The notes: generated by a model not told the origin, from the letters alone. 64,000 nt of DNA from Balanoglossus misakiensis (GCA_040954595.2 CM082591.2:7802047-7866046), one strand, 5' to 3'; shown: positions 25,849-38,084, numbered from the stretch's first letter. Numbers and translations are program-made.

Positions 25849-28800
25849 CTGTTAGGTGAAACAGAGGTCAAAGGTCAAACATGCTGTACCCTATTGAAAT
25901 GCATTAGGATTGTGTTAGATTAGTGTTTTATTGTTCATTTTAACAAGAGAAAACATATTACAAAAGAAACGAATCATTGCTATGACAACTGAACTACTAA
26001 GGGGTAGTTTTTCTACACAATGTTTACAGTGACAAATAACCATGGCAACCAGAGTAACCATGAGTTTCTTGAACTATTTCTTTTTCTCTGCAATAGCTAG
26101 GAGGAAATTTACTTTGTCTCTTTTTGATATTATAATATACATAAAAGACTATCTTATTTAACCATTCAATAGATATACTATCGTTGATGTTGCCATGGTA
26201 ACACATTCAAAGAAATCAGTTCAAAAATAATCTTTTACTTGTAACTTTTGACTCAGTAGACATTTCATAACAATTCTTGAACTGAGTTTCAGGGATAATT
26301 CTTTGGTCCATTATTTTTAGGAAAAAATGTATGATGGTAGCATTATTGACTGGTAACCATGACAACTGAACCTCGATGTATTTTGTAAAACATTGGCAAT
26401 GTGCTAAAGTTAGTGTTTTAATTTAACTTTAAACCTTTTTTTTTTTAAATTTAGCGAGTTATTGCCTTGATATATTCCTGCCAAAGTACTCTATATGTAC
26501 ACATTTTCCAATACCAAGTAACCATGGAAACTGGACAAAATGTTAATATCAGTTAATAATTCTATTTTTGAAAACAAGTAGCAGAAATATTACCTGAAAT
26601 TATCACTTTATTTATGGTCTTTGTAACCCATAAAAAATGTTCCTATTCAACTGCTCAATGGATTTAGTGACAGTATTGTTGTCATGGTAATAAATCTTAA
26701 CAGATCAGTACAGGAATAATGTTTGCCTTGTAATTTTGGAATTAGTAGGTCTTACATAAAAATTCTTGAACAATGTCTCAAGGATCATTGCCTACCTTTT
26801 ACTTGTAGCTTTTCAAACCAGGGCAACAAGACAAACATCAATTTCTGAAACTATTTCTAGTGCTTTGCAATATAAAGAAAAAAGCTATCTGTCATTTTAT
26901 TGACAGACTATTATAATACAAAGTATTTCTAACTTTATATACTATCTGTAATGTTGTTGTGCCAAAGATTTTGTTTCTTTTTCCAGCCAACCAGAGATGG
27001 TCTGCTTTTCAATCAGTAATTGTCATATTGGTGAACAGAGAAGAATTATCTACTCCTTAGCCGAGAGGGCTGGTACTTTCTTTGACCAGGTGAGTATTTT
27101 TGTGAATAAACCCTTGAGAAAATTATTGGTGTAAACCTTTCTAACTTTAAAGAATTTATTAGAAAGTAAAATGTATTGTTGGAAATTTAGTGATATATTT
27201 TTTTGCAAGAATATACCCTAACCACTTATATAGTGACATCATTGCAGATGATCTGAGAGATGGAAAACCTGCAGTTACTTAGGATGAGTCATGATAATGG
27301 TCTGTCTCAACACCACTGGCTGTTCCAGATTGTCACTTGGATAAAAAATTGGTAAGTTCCTAATTTGAATTACCTTTTTTGATTTGATTATTTATAATCA
27401 TAACAAAATTAAAGTTTCTTGATATTGTGGAATATCTACATATGACAATTCCAAAGTCAAATGAAGAAATTGAATGATTGTAGCTAGTGGTTGAAATTGT
27501 AGAAATTGAGCATTTTCACCCTGGACCAGAGTTGTTTGATTTCTGGCCACTGTACATAACAAAGAGTGATTAACCCTTCACCCCTTTCTGTTGCATATGG
27601 ATTCAACCATACCAATCAAAACAGAGGTTTGAAACACTGTTCTATTTTATATTGCTTTATGCTGTCTGCCAATAATCAGCCTACTTGTACATTGGACATT
27701 TACACACAAATTGGCTCATAGCTTTTCTTTTTTCTATTCTGGCACACCTTGATGCTCCATCAAATGCTCTTGCAGAATTGATCATAACAATCTCATCCAC
27801 ATGATATTGATATTGAGTCAATATCTGCACGCATTTTGATGTTTCTAATTTACAGACAAAAGTATTCATCAATGACCAGACAGCCAATCTATTCTTGCAA
27901 AGAATACAAAGTTGAATTCAAAGATGACAAGGTTGGTATCTTCTGATGTTACTTTGTTTATGTTTGATCAAGTGAAAAGTTTCTTATAATGATTTTGAAC
28001 TCTCTGAATTGTTGGTGACCAGACCTCTATTCTCATCTTGCCTCATACTTGTAAAAATTTGCGTTGTGATGTCAAGGTTTCTGGTAAGTGCCATAAATGT
28101 TATGTCATCAAGTTTTCTCATATTATATTTCTTATATTATACATTTACACACAATGCAGTTTGGTAGTACCGGTAGAAGTCTGGCAAACAATGATTCAAC
28201 ATTTACTTGAAGTTTTGAATCAACTGATCCCTTATTATCAACACATGTATTCAACTGTTATTTTCCAACACTGTGATGAAATGCACATACCTGTTTTAGA
28301 AGGTTTTGCTGAAACACTGGCTCCCTTTGTATCCTCAGATATCTCTTTACTTCCTGTAGTGGAGAAATGACTTAGACATTAATTTTACTTGAAGTTTTGA
28401 ATCAACTGGTCCCTTGGTATCAACACATGTATTCAACTGTTATTTTCCAACACTGAGATGAATTGCACATACCTGTTTTAGAAGGTTTTGCTGAAACACT
28501 GGCTCCCTTTGTATCCTCAGATATCTCTTTACTTCCTGTAGTGGAGAGATGACTTAGACATTAATTTTACTTGAAGTTTTGAATCAACTGATCCCTATTA
28601 TTATCAACACATGTATTCAACTGTTATTTTCCAACACTGAGATGTAATGCACATACCTGTTTTTGAAGGTTTTGCTGAAACACTGGCTCCCTTTGTATCC
28701 TCAGATATATCTTTACTTCCTGTAGTGGAGAGATGACTTAGACATTAATTTTACTTGAAGTTTTGAATCAACTGATCCCTTGGTATCAACACATGTATTC

Positions 28801-31800
28801 AACTGTTATTTTCTAACACTGAGATGAAATGCACATACCTGTTTTAGAAGGTTCTGCTGAAACACTGGCTCCCTTTGTATCCTCAGATATCTCCTTACTT
28901 CCTGTAGTGGAGAGATGACTTAGACATTAATTTTACTTGAAGTTTTGAATCAACTGATCCCTTGGTATCAACACATGTATTCAACTGTTATTTTCTAACA
29001 CTGAGATGAAATGCACATACCTGTTTTAGAAGGTTTTGCTGAAACACTGGCTCCCTTTGTACCCTCAGATATCTCTTTACTTCCTGTAGTCCCTGAATCA
29101 CCAGCAGTTTCTTTACTTCCACCAAAAGATCTCCTAATCTTGCTGATGACACCTTTGGATTGCTTTTCTTCTGCAAAAGAAAGTGATCAAACAATGAAAA
29201 TATATTTATATAGCGTCAGTATCCACAAAAAATGTGATCAATGACGCTAAAAGCAAAAGTAACACTACAACAAATGGCTAAAAAGCAGATTTAAAAAGTA
29301 AAGTTTTAATATTTGATTTAAAAACAGATAAGTCTGGTGCCTGGCGATTGGTGAGTGGAAGATTATTCCAAAGAATTGGAGCAGCAACAGTAAAAGCACG
29401 ATCACCATAACTCTTGGTGAGTGATCGAACAGGGCAGAGTTTGAACTGATCAGCTGACCTTAAATTGCGACACGGAACATATAGTTTAGTCATGTTAGAA
29501 AGATAGATTGGACCAAGTTTATGAATGGATTTAAAAATGAGAACTAACATCATAAAAACAATACGCTGTGTAACAGGTAGCCAGTGCAACTGATACAAAA
29601 TTGGAGTGATGTGACAGGTGATTTTTGAACGAGTTACAATTCTAGCAGCAATATTCTGAACACGTTGAATACGGTTGGTTGAATACTTCGGGAGCCCAAA
29701 TAAAAGTGAATTCGAGAAGTAATGAATGCATGAACTAATTGCTCTGTAGCAGATTGAGATAAATATTTGTGAATAAGCGCAATGCGACGTAAATGAAAAG
29801 TGGCAGAGCGGCAGATCTGTCCAATATGTGGCTTCATTGTCAGACAAGAGTCAAGGATCACTCCAAGGCTCTTAGCCTGACAATGGACGGGAATCAGAGC
29901 ATCGCCAACACGAATTTCTAAAATCCCTCTAGCAGACAGATCACCCGAAGTACCAGAGAAAATAACAAATTCAGTCTTATCATCGTTTAAGCACAAGAAG
30001 TTTTCAGACATCCAAAACCTAACATCGGATATACAAAGTTCAAGATTCGAAACAGTTCTTGCTGCGTTGTCTTTACTAAAAGACATATAAAGTGAAGAGT
30101 CATCTGCATAAAAACTATAAAGACAACCATGACTTTGAACTAATTCACCTAATGGAGACGTGTACATTAGTATACTATACCATGCTTTCCAACATCAGAT
30201 TGATGTAAATGTAGTTCCAACTTTCTAAGTTTGTTATTGACATGTTTTACTGGTGTACCTTTTTCCTTTGTCTTAAATTGTTTTGCTTTGGTTTTCTCTG
30301 TCTCAGTTCCATCTCCTTCCGTCATCTTGGCCACAGCCTCAGTGTCTTCTTTTCCCATTGTCTCTGGTTGTGGATGTCTGGCTTTCTCTGCTCCTGTTTC
30401 TTCTGATGCCATCTCAGGTTGCATTGATGCTGGTTTCACAGGCTCATCTTCATCTTTTGTAGCCATGGTTACAGGTGATATGTCTCCTGTGTCATCTTTC
30501 TTGAGGGGCACATCAGATGGTGTGAGTTTGCCTACAAATATTTGAAATTAAATGGTAAGTACTTGGTTATAATTCTTACAACAATGAAAACTTGCATTTT
30601 TTTATAATCTATATGAGCTGGAAGATTTTTCTTGATGCAGGAATAATCGAAGCAGATTTATATCAATCTCACCTTGTTGAGTTTCCAATTTTGCATCTTC
30701 TTCCAGTTGAAGAGTTTTAGCAGTTTTCAGTTGCAGCTCAGTGTCAGATTGATCATCCTGGATTTTGGATAATTTTGACTTTAGCTCAGTTATGGTTTGT
30801 TCTTGTTGCTCAAGTTTAGATTGTAATTCTTGGATGTGTCTAGGGTCTGATTCTCTCAATCTTTGCTTCAGGGAAATGACATCCATAAGTTGTGTGGCGG
30901 CTACTTTCTCAACACTTGCAAGTTTCTGTTTGTACTGCTCTTCTAAGAGTGACTTTTCCTGAAGTGCTTCTTTCAACTGATTCTCTAGAATCGTTTTCTC
31001 TGTCTGCAGTTTAGTGATTTCTCCAACTAGCTTTCTCTTATTCTCAACTGACTCAGTCTGCAGTTTAGTGATTTCTCCAACTAGCTTTCTCTTATTCTCA
31101 ACTGACTCAGTCTGCAGTTTAGTGATTTCTCCAACTAGCTTTCTCTTATTCTCAACTGACTCAGTCTGCAGTTTAGTGATTTCTCCAACTAGCTTTCTCT
31201 TATTCTCAACTGACTCGGTCTGAATTTTGGACTTCTCTGTCAGGGCCCCATCCAACTGTTGTTTTAGTTCTTTGAGCTGCTTTGCACTAGCTTCAAAGGG
31301 CAGTAAGCTTTTTGCTTGTAAGCTGATAGATTCAGCTGGTATGGGATGAATTGGTCTGCCATGTAGTGTGATTTCATCTGCCAAATCTGAAATGAAAAAG
31401 AATAAAGCTATGAAGCTCAATTTTGTCATTTTTCTGTTTCGAACTATTTCTAAGACATATTGTCATGTGTGTGTCAACACACTCCCAGCCTAATTCTTTG
31501 TTATAAACGTTGTTAGAGCCATTAGTTTGCTGGGAATTGCCTTGATACACAAAATCAGGTTTTAAGTCTTGGCACATCCGGCCCTTATCAGATCAAGCTG
31601 GTGATGCAGAAACAACAAATGGTGCACAGTGTAGAATATTATTTTTACTGGACAACCCATAACCAGATATGACTACAACAAAAACATTCTTACGTCATCC
31701 CTGTGGTTAAAAAAAGTCAGGGCATTATATTAATCAAAATTGTGTCGATTTGGATATAGCTTTCAACAAACTTTTTAAAGATTTCACTTGTCTCGATCTG

Positions 31801-34800
31801 GCATTTGTGACAGTCGGAAAGTTAACACAAACATCAATTAAAATTTCTGAATTTTTATGACACCTTAAGTGCAGCATGCAAATGTAATGTATCATTATTC
31901 CTTTCAAAATTGTGGCCAATGTGTTCCAACCAAAATATCTGCATTGTTTTGTTTGATTATTATTCATATCTGGATCAGAGAAGTTATAACCATGCAATGT
32001 GGACTAAAATCCCATAAATTACCGGTTCTTGACCAAATTAAATCACTAACTTTGTTTCATGGCAGCCTCTTCAATGTCAGAATCTTTTTCTGTTTCCTCC
32101 CCTGGTGAAGTCAGGCGTGTTCTCTCAATCTGAAATTGAAACAAATGAATATATCAAATCCAAATCTAGATGAATTTCAATAGACAGTCATAATGCAAAT
32201 CAAATATTTGAGCCATGCAAGAGTTTATCCCAGTGATGTTGTTAAGAGTTCCCAGAGAGAAACAGCCAAACAATTACAATATCCTTCTTACAGCCATATC
32301 AGCTAGGCATCAATCAACATGTAAACGTCACTGAAAATAGTAAAGACTTATTTACTATTTGGAAATTTCCCTGCGTGTGTGAAGTTGTGGACAAAGTATG
32401 CTGTTGATCATAGCTACATGTGTTGTAGGGACATTAGCTGTAAAACTGGCTTCATTTTCGGTATTTTTGTTCTGTGTACCAAATGCAATATCTTGTCCTA
32501 CTACAAACAGAAAGGTACTCAGTACTCAGCTTGTCAAGATATCCTGTATGTGTGTAACAACCATTGTTATTGTTGACAAATAAATTCTAGTCCGGACTTG
32601 AATTCAAATTTTGCATCATAACAGTGCTGATACACATATATGTTGCATTGATAAGCTAAATGCTGGGCATTACAACTAACATCTAAGCATACCTGATTCA
32701 GTATTTCATCAACACTTCCCTCTTCTACGCTGTCACCATATAATTTCAATGGTCCTATTCCCCCACCATCTCCTGAAAGTTAGTAAAATATTCAATGGAT
32801 TTTGATTTGCATAATTTTATTTCTCTGAAAGTTTCTTGGGGTTAAAATTATTTGCAATGCATGAAACTTAAATTATCTTATATGAGTCACAGCTCTAACA
32901 AGTTTCATTTTATAGAAATGTAAAATAACTAATCTTAATCTGTCACCTGTGTTAATTCAGTATTAAGTATAATTTTCTCCTTCCTCCAAGTGATCAATCC
33001 ACACTCTCTTATTCTTTGAATTTGTATTGTTTCTTGGTTGAATCAATATAGTTTTATGGCAAACCATCTCATCTGACAAGAAAAACTTACTGTTCAGAAA
33101 GAATAGTTCCAGTTCATCAAACCTGGCTTGGTCATATGTAGCTATCAACTGTAGTGGAATTCCAGCTGTGTTGGCCTCTGTCATTTCATCTGTCATCAAG
33201 ATTGGTTCTAATGCCTTGGCTAAACTTCTTGAATCTTCAAGACAGCTTCCCCGCAATCTGTAGAGATTATAAAGTCTACGCATGTTGGCTGTGATTTGCA
33301 GAGACTCTGATTTCATACTGGTTATTTCCACTTCACCCAAATTCTCAGTGCAGACTTTCTTGACTTTCTCAGTGTCATCACTGTTGGATACCACATCAGA
33401 TGCTCTTCTCTTCAACTCTTGTTTGCAGTTGTTCCAAGCTGTAGATGCTGCCTGTTGCCTTTCCTCATTCTGGCCCACATTTTCTGCTCGATGTTGCTGA
33501 TAGGCAGTTTCGTCCAGTTGGGCATGAACTTGAATTAATGTTGTGTCGGCATGATGATCTGAAGATTATAGGAAATGGGGCAATATTAAACTCAATCTAA
33601 GACAAAATAATGAGTACGCTTAATTTATCGCCACCCTGGAAAACCATAAGTCATACGGTTTTTGTTAAACTCCGTCTCCCAAGAAAAAAACTTAAATTTG
33701 TAGGGCTTCAAAAATATGTATTGTGGGAAAATCAACAATATATAACCTAGCTCACTTGCACTTAACTAAGTTGACTAGTACAGGTACTAAGCACAACAGT
33801 TAGATTATGCAATTACGCAGATGGCCATTGAAAAGTCAATGGGTCAATGTCCTATACTTTAAGTCTAGGAACATTTTAATCTTGTCAACAGGCGCCACCA
33901 AGAAAGTTGTTTTGATTAATAATTTTGAAATTGTCTCCTACCTGCTGTATTTCTTGTGTCCTTGCCACATGGATCAACTCCTTCTTGTTCCCTCATTCGG
34001 TCTGGTGTCAACAAACTGGCAAATGTGGCATAACTCTTATCAACATCTTCACTCTCCATGAAAGCCTTCTTCAGCTCCTTAGCTTCTTCAAAAGCTAACC
34101 TGGTGTTCTTGACACTCCATATTATCTTCTCTGAAATCTTATCAGATGAGTGTGACACTACAAATTTGTCTGCGTGGTATGGAAAGTATTCCTTGACTAA
34201 CTCCCCAAGCTGGGAATATTCATCAGGATAGGTTGGTAGTCCAACTGCTATAGATTCTAAACCGCTATACGGATAGTCCTTGTAGACAGAGACAGGAAGA
34301 CAACTGTGAGATTGTTGAAGTGATGTTGGCAGAGTGCTTGCTGAGTAACCTGAGTAGAGTGTAGGGTTGACATGACTACTCTTCATCTGGTCTTGAAGAT
34401 GCTCCAGTTCAGCCTTACCTGCTTGTGGAGAAGCTCCTTGTATTGACCACTTAGGAGGTTTGTGGGAAACATCTTTCAGCTTATTTGATGCACTTCCAAT
34501 AGCAGCTGCCAGTGTCTCACACCTGTCCAAGGCTTCTTGTGTATCAATTTGGCCATACGTCAGTATGTTGTGTGTAGTGACTTTGTCTGGTATGGTTGTG
34601 TCTTTTCTGAAAAAGACTTCAGCAGGTCTGGGGAAAATCTCTTCATGAGGGATCATGTGTAGTTCCCTGCCATCAAAGGTAGCCCGGTATTCGTTCTGGA
34701 AATGCTCATACATACTTGGACCAATAGAAAATATGATGTCAGCTTCACTGGCCAGCTTCAGCATCATTTCACTAAACTTCCCTTTTGGTTGTTTCAATAG

Positions 34801-36906
34801 ACAGTTGCGTTCTTCATAGGCATGGTTGATCATCACTAATTCTGCATCAGGAAACAATTTTTTTCTGATATTTGCAGCAGCCAATCCAGTTCTTGGAGCA
34901 TAACCAACAACATACTGGATGTTTTCTAACTTTTGTAAGTCAGGAAAGTAGATTTTATGATACATCAACCACTTTAATTCTGGCTTGTCTTCATCTGGTT
35001 CAATTCCTTCTAGTTGTTGTGCTGGAATCAATTTAACCCCACACTTGGCAGCATCTGCCTTCTGGTCATCACTGACTTTGACACCAACAAATGTGGAGTA
35101 GGCGTTAACAGGAGTTTCTTCTTTGACTTTTCTTGCAGTGAATTCTTGTACGAGAGTTCTGTGAAACCCAGTCAAGCCACAATCTTCTTTGTTCCAGTCG
35201 TCATACACAAATAATACTCCAGGAGGTGGATCTGGAAGATGGAGTTGATGAAGTTTGGCTTCAGAGAAGAGACTTTCGTGGATTGCTTTGGCTGCATTGT
35301 GTGTCCGTGGAGAATATCCGACTACATGTTGGATGTTTGTCAGTTCCTTCAGTCTAGGGAAGTATGTATCATGGTTAACAAGCCAGTTTACTCCAGGGGG
35401 ATCTTCATGAGGATCCATCCTCTTGTCTCTTATAGCTGGGATCAAAGTAGCATCAACACTCTCTGCATCTTTCTTTTGTTCTTCACTCACTTCAACTTCA
35501 AGGGTAGTACAGTGGAATTCAGAAACTTCATCTGGCTTCAGTTTTTCTTCTCGAAATTCAGTGACAAGTTTGTTAGTTGGTGTTGTTGTCTGATCTTCTG
35601 ATTCTGTCTGCCAGGTTTGCATGACCATTAATGCTGCCACAGGTGGTGGATTGGGAAGTTGGAGTTGATGAAGTTTGGCTTCAGGGAAGAGACTTTCTTG
35701 AATTACTTTGGCTGCATTGTGTGTCTGTGGAGAATATCCGACTACATGTTGGATGTTTTTCAGTTCCTTCAGGTCTGGGAAGTAAATGCTATGGTTCACA
35801 AGCCAGTTTACTCCAGGGGGGTCTTCATGAAGATCTAACCACTCCCTTTTTGTAGCTGGGATCAAAGTAACATTAAATTTCTCTGCATCTTTCTTTTGTT
35901 CTTCACTCACTTCAACATCAAGTGCTGTACAGTAGGATTGAGAAACTTTCTCTGACTTAAGGGTTTCTTCTCGAAATTTAGTGACAAGCTGATGAGTTGG
36001 TGTTGTTGTCTGATCTTCTGATTCTGTCTGCCAGGTTTGCATGACCATTAATGCTGCCACAGGTGGTGTGTCAGGAAGACTGAGTTGGTGAAGTTTGGCT
36101 TCAGGGAAGAGACTTTCATGAATTGCGGCTGCTGCATTGTGTGTCTTTGGAGAATATCCGACTACATGTTGGATGTTTTTCAGTTTCTTCAGCTCAGGGA
36201 AGTATATACCATGGTAAACAAGCCAGTGTACTCCAGGGGGGTCTTCATGAGGATCCATCCTCTCGTCTCTTACAGCTGGGATCAAAGTAGCATTAACACT
36301 CTCTGCATCTTTCTCTTGTTCTTCACTAACTTCAACTTCAAGGGTAGTACAGAGGAATTCAGAAACATTCTCCGACTTCAGGGTTTCTTCTCGAAATTTA
36401 GTGACAAGCTGATGAGTTGGTGTTGTTGTCTGATCTTCTGATTCTGTCTGCCAGGTTTGCATGACCATTAATGCTGCCACAGGTGGTGGATTGGGAAGTT
36501 GGAGTTGATGAAGTTTGGCTTCAGGGAAGAGACTTTCTTGAATTGCTTTGGCTGCATTGTGTGTCTGTGGAGAATATCCGACTACATGTTGGATGTTTTG
36601 CAGGTCCTTCAGATCTGGGAAGTATATACCATGGTTAATAAGCCAGTGTACTCCAGGGGGGTCTTCATGAGGATCCATCCTCTCGTCTCTTACAGCTGGG
36701 ATCAAAGTAGCATTAACACTCTCTGCATCTTTCTCTTGTTCTTCACTAACTTCAACTTCAAGGGTAGTACAGAGGAATTCAGAAACATTCTCAGACTGGA
36801 GTGTGTTTTCTTTGAGATGTTTGATTATAGCTTGAGTTGGTTGGGAGGTTTTTGCCTCCTTGTCCCATGATTTCAATACAACCAGTGCTGCAGATGGTTC
36901 TGACAT
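25031..36906 (-). CDS. Multi-exon ~2000-aa protein: 4 half-GT repeats + GT-B/GT4-like + TRADD-N-like + coiled coil + mini-exon repeats + NHL propeller (possibly pseudogenised)
   Basis: Exons 36906-33942, 33558-32980, 32772-32693, 32129-32023, 31386-30673, 30531-30181, 29170-29021, four 63-nt exons, 25848-25031. Phases are consistent except a GA donor at 32979 and one extra nt in exon 32129-32023; AATAAA on - at 24969-24974. Confidence 0.78.
28203..29090 (-). repeat. ~182-bp tandem repeat, each unit an intron plus a 63-nt coding mini-exon (28291-28353, 28473-28535, 28657-28719, 28839-28901)
   Basis: Each unit reads ACTACAG|GAAGTAAAGAG...AAAACAG|GTATGT, phase 1-1, encoding GSKEISEDTKGASVSAKPSKT. 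Confidence 0.88.
29021..29170 (-). CDS. 150-nt exon whose 3' 63 nt match the mini-exons
   Basis: TTTTGCAG acceptor, EEKQSKGVISKIRRSFGGSKETAGDSGTTGSKEISEGTKGASVSAKPSKT, GTATGT donor. Confidence 0.8.
29250..30167 (-). mobile_element. 5'-truncated L2/CR1-clade LINE in an intron
   Basis: YADD, LNDDKTEF, SLGVILD, HITPILYQLHWLPV and GDRAFTVAAPILWNNLP motifs; frameshifted. Confidence 0.9.
30181..30531 (-). CDS. Low-complexity charged exon
   Basis: 351 nt, phase 1-1, TTGTAG acceptor and GTATAG donor; GKLTPSDVPLKKDD...DVGKH. Confidence 0.72.
30673..31386 (-). CDS. Coiled-coil exon with 4 x 18-aa (54-nt) repeat
   Basis: 714 nt, phase 1-1; QTESVENKRKLVGEITKL x4 in heptad-rich sequence. Confidence 0.85.
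32023..32129 (-). CDS. Small exon with an apparent 1-nt insertion
   Basis: Phase-0 start IERTRLTSPGEETEKDSDIEEAAMKQ; removing one A restores VSDLIWSRT and the phase-1 donor. Confidence 0.6.
32693..32772 (-). CDS. Small exon
   Basis: 80 nt, phase 1 to 0, TTTCAG acceptor and GTATGC donor; GDGGGIGPLKLYGDSVEEGSVDEILNQ. Confidence 0.75.
32980..33558 (-). CDS. Exon encoding a TRADD-N-like domain
   Basis: 579 nt open, phase 1; SESLQITANMRRLYNLYRL...SRSLAKALEPILMTDEM...LQLIATYDQARF resembles the invertebrate TRADD-like N domain pattern; the donor reads GA instead of GT. Confidence 0.65.
33942..36906 (-). CDS. Large exon: four 140-aa repeats of a GT-B N-lobe fragment followed by a GT4 (Glycos_transf_1-like) domain
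   Basis: Exact 420-nt periodicity (35221/35641/36061/36481); GT motifs DDW...GLTGFHRTL, VVGYAPRTG, EADIIFSIGP, GLESIAVGLP; CAGCAG acceptor before 36916; donor GTAGGA. Confidence 0.85.
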
Positions 36907-37613
36907 AATTACATTCCTGCTGGGAAGAAGTATACCAGTATACAGTACGGTATAATACTGCTGTACCGGTAGGTGATGGTGAAATTTGTTTCAGGGAAAA
37001 CTTGACAGTATGTAATTAGTATTGTGACATATTCATGACTATATACTGAGTAGTGATTGGCTAACCAAAATGAATATGCATAAGATGGCATATATAAGGG
37101 GGCTACCCAGGGTACCATGTGTGCCTTATCACAGCGTAGTGGGACAGACAGCTGAAAGTATCACAACCTCGCTCGTCATCACAACCTTACTATATGGCTA
37201 CGAAGCAACCTACAACGACAAATGTCGTTACGGTGCTGCAGACACGTATTATCACTACCTCCACGGTGACAAGAATGTCAACGATTAGAGTGGCCACGCC
37301 CTCAGTAACTTTACCGATAGTGACAGTTTCAACGTCAGGTGCCACGACAATGTCGGCTGGAGCGTCAACTACAATGGCCAGTACTGAACAGAGAGCGAAT
37401 GCGGTAAGTCTCATTTGTATACCCTCTAATGTACCCTGATATTTCGGTATTACACAAGCTGCTTGGTAGTCTCCGATATCTTCATTTAGACTTACGGAAT
37501 GCGAGACATCACGTCGGTAGTGATATTAGTTCGTCCCCATGTAGAATGATAAGGTATGGGTTTGACGAGAGTTGATGTGCTGACAGGCACGGAGAAGTTG
37601 GGTAGACGATAAA

Positions 37614-38084
37614 AGAGAGGTTCGGCTACAAGTTATACGTGAACGTGAACGCGCAACGTCACGAATTCCTGTTATGACGTCATAACGTTTTTTACGTGGA
37701 GATAGGTGTTTTCACGTTAGTTGCAAACGTGAAAAGTTATTCTCATTTTGGGCAACAAAAAATCATATTATCTACGAAATATGTGTATGCCTTGTTAGCT
37801 TGATATCTCATTGTGACAAACGAAAACGCATTTATTTCTTTTTAGTCATTTTATGTGAAATTTTGTCATCAATTTGTATGGTCGCCCGGCGGTTGAATCC
37901 ATAGTTGCAGTGCAGCGACGCGGTGTAACGATGTACACGCTCAAAATTCGAATACAGAGTGCGCGTGCCACACAAACAGACATTGACGTGAAGCCAAACT
38001 CTTTTCCACGTGAACGTCTAACGCGAACGCGAACGTGGGTTCTGCGTGTCCACGTTCACGTAAAACATGTAGCCGAACCTGTCT
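37614..38084. mobile_element. MITE nested in the DIRS element
   Basis: TIR AGAGAGGTTCGGCTACAAGTTATACGTGAACGTG ... CACGTTCACGTAAAACATGTAGCCGAACCTGTCT. Confidence 0.7.

Noticed and set aside
32292-32330. Possible 39-nt minus-strand exon with good AG/GT
   Set aside because: Stops in all three frames, and the flanking exons already join in phase
35014-36870. Repeated plus-strand ORFs (MELMKFGFREET...)
   Set aside because: Antisense shadows of the 420-nt coding repeats
33942-36906. Bacterial contamination or recent horizontal transfer of a glycosyltransferase
   Set aside because: Bounded by spliceosomal sites, in phase with downstream exons, and similar GT domains are known in other marine invertebrates; an ancient transfer cannot be judged here
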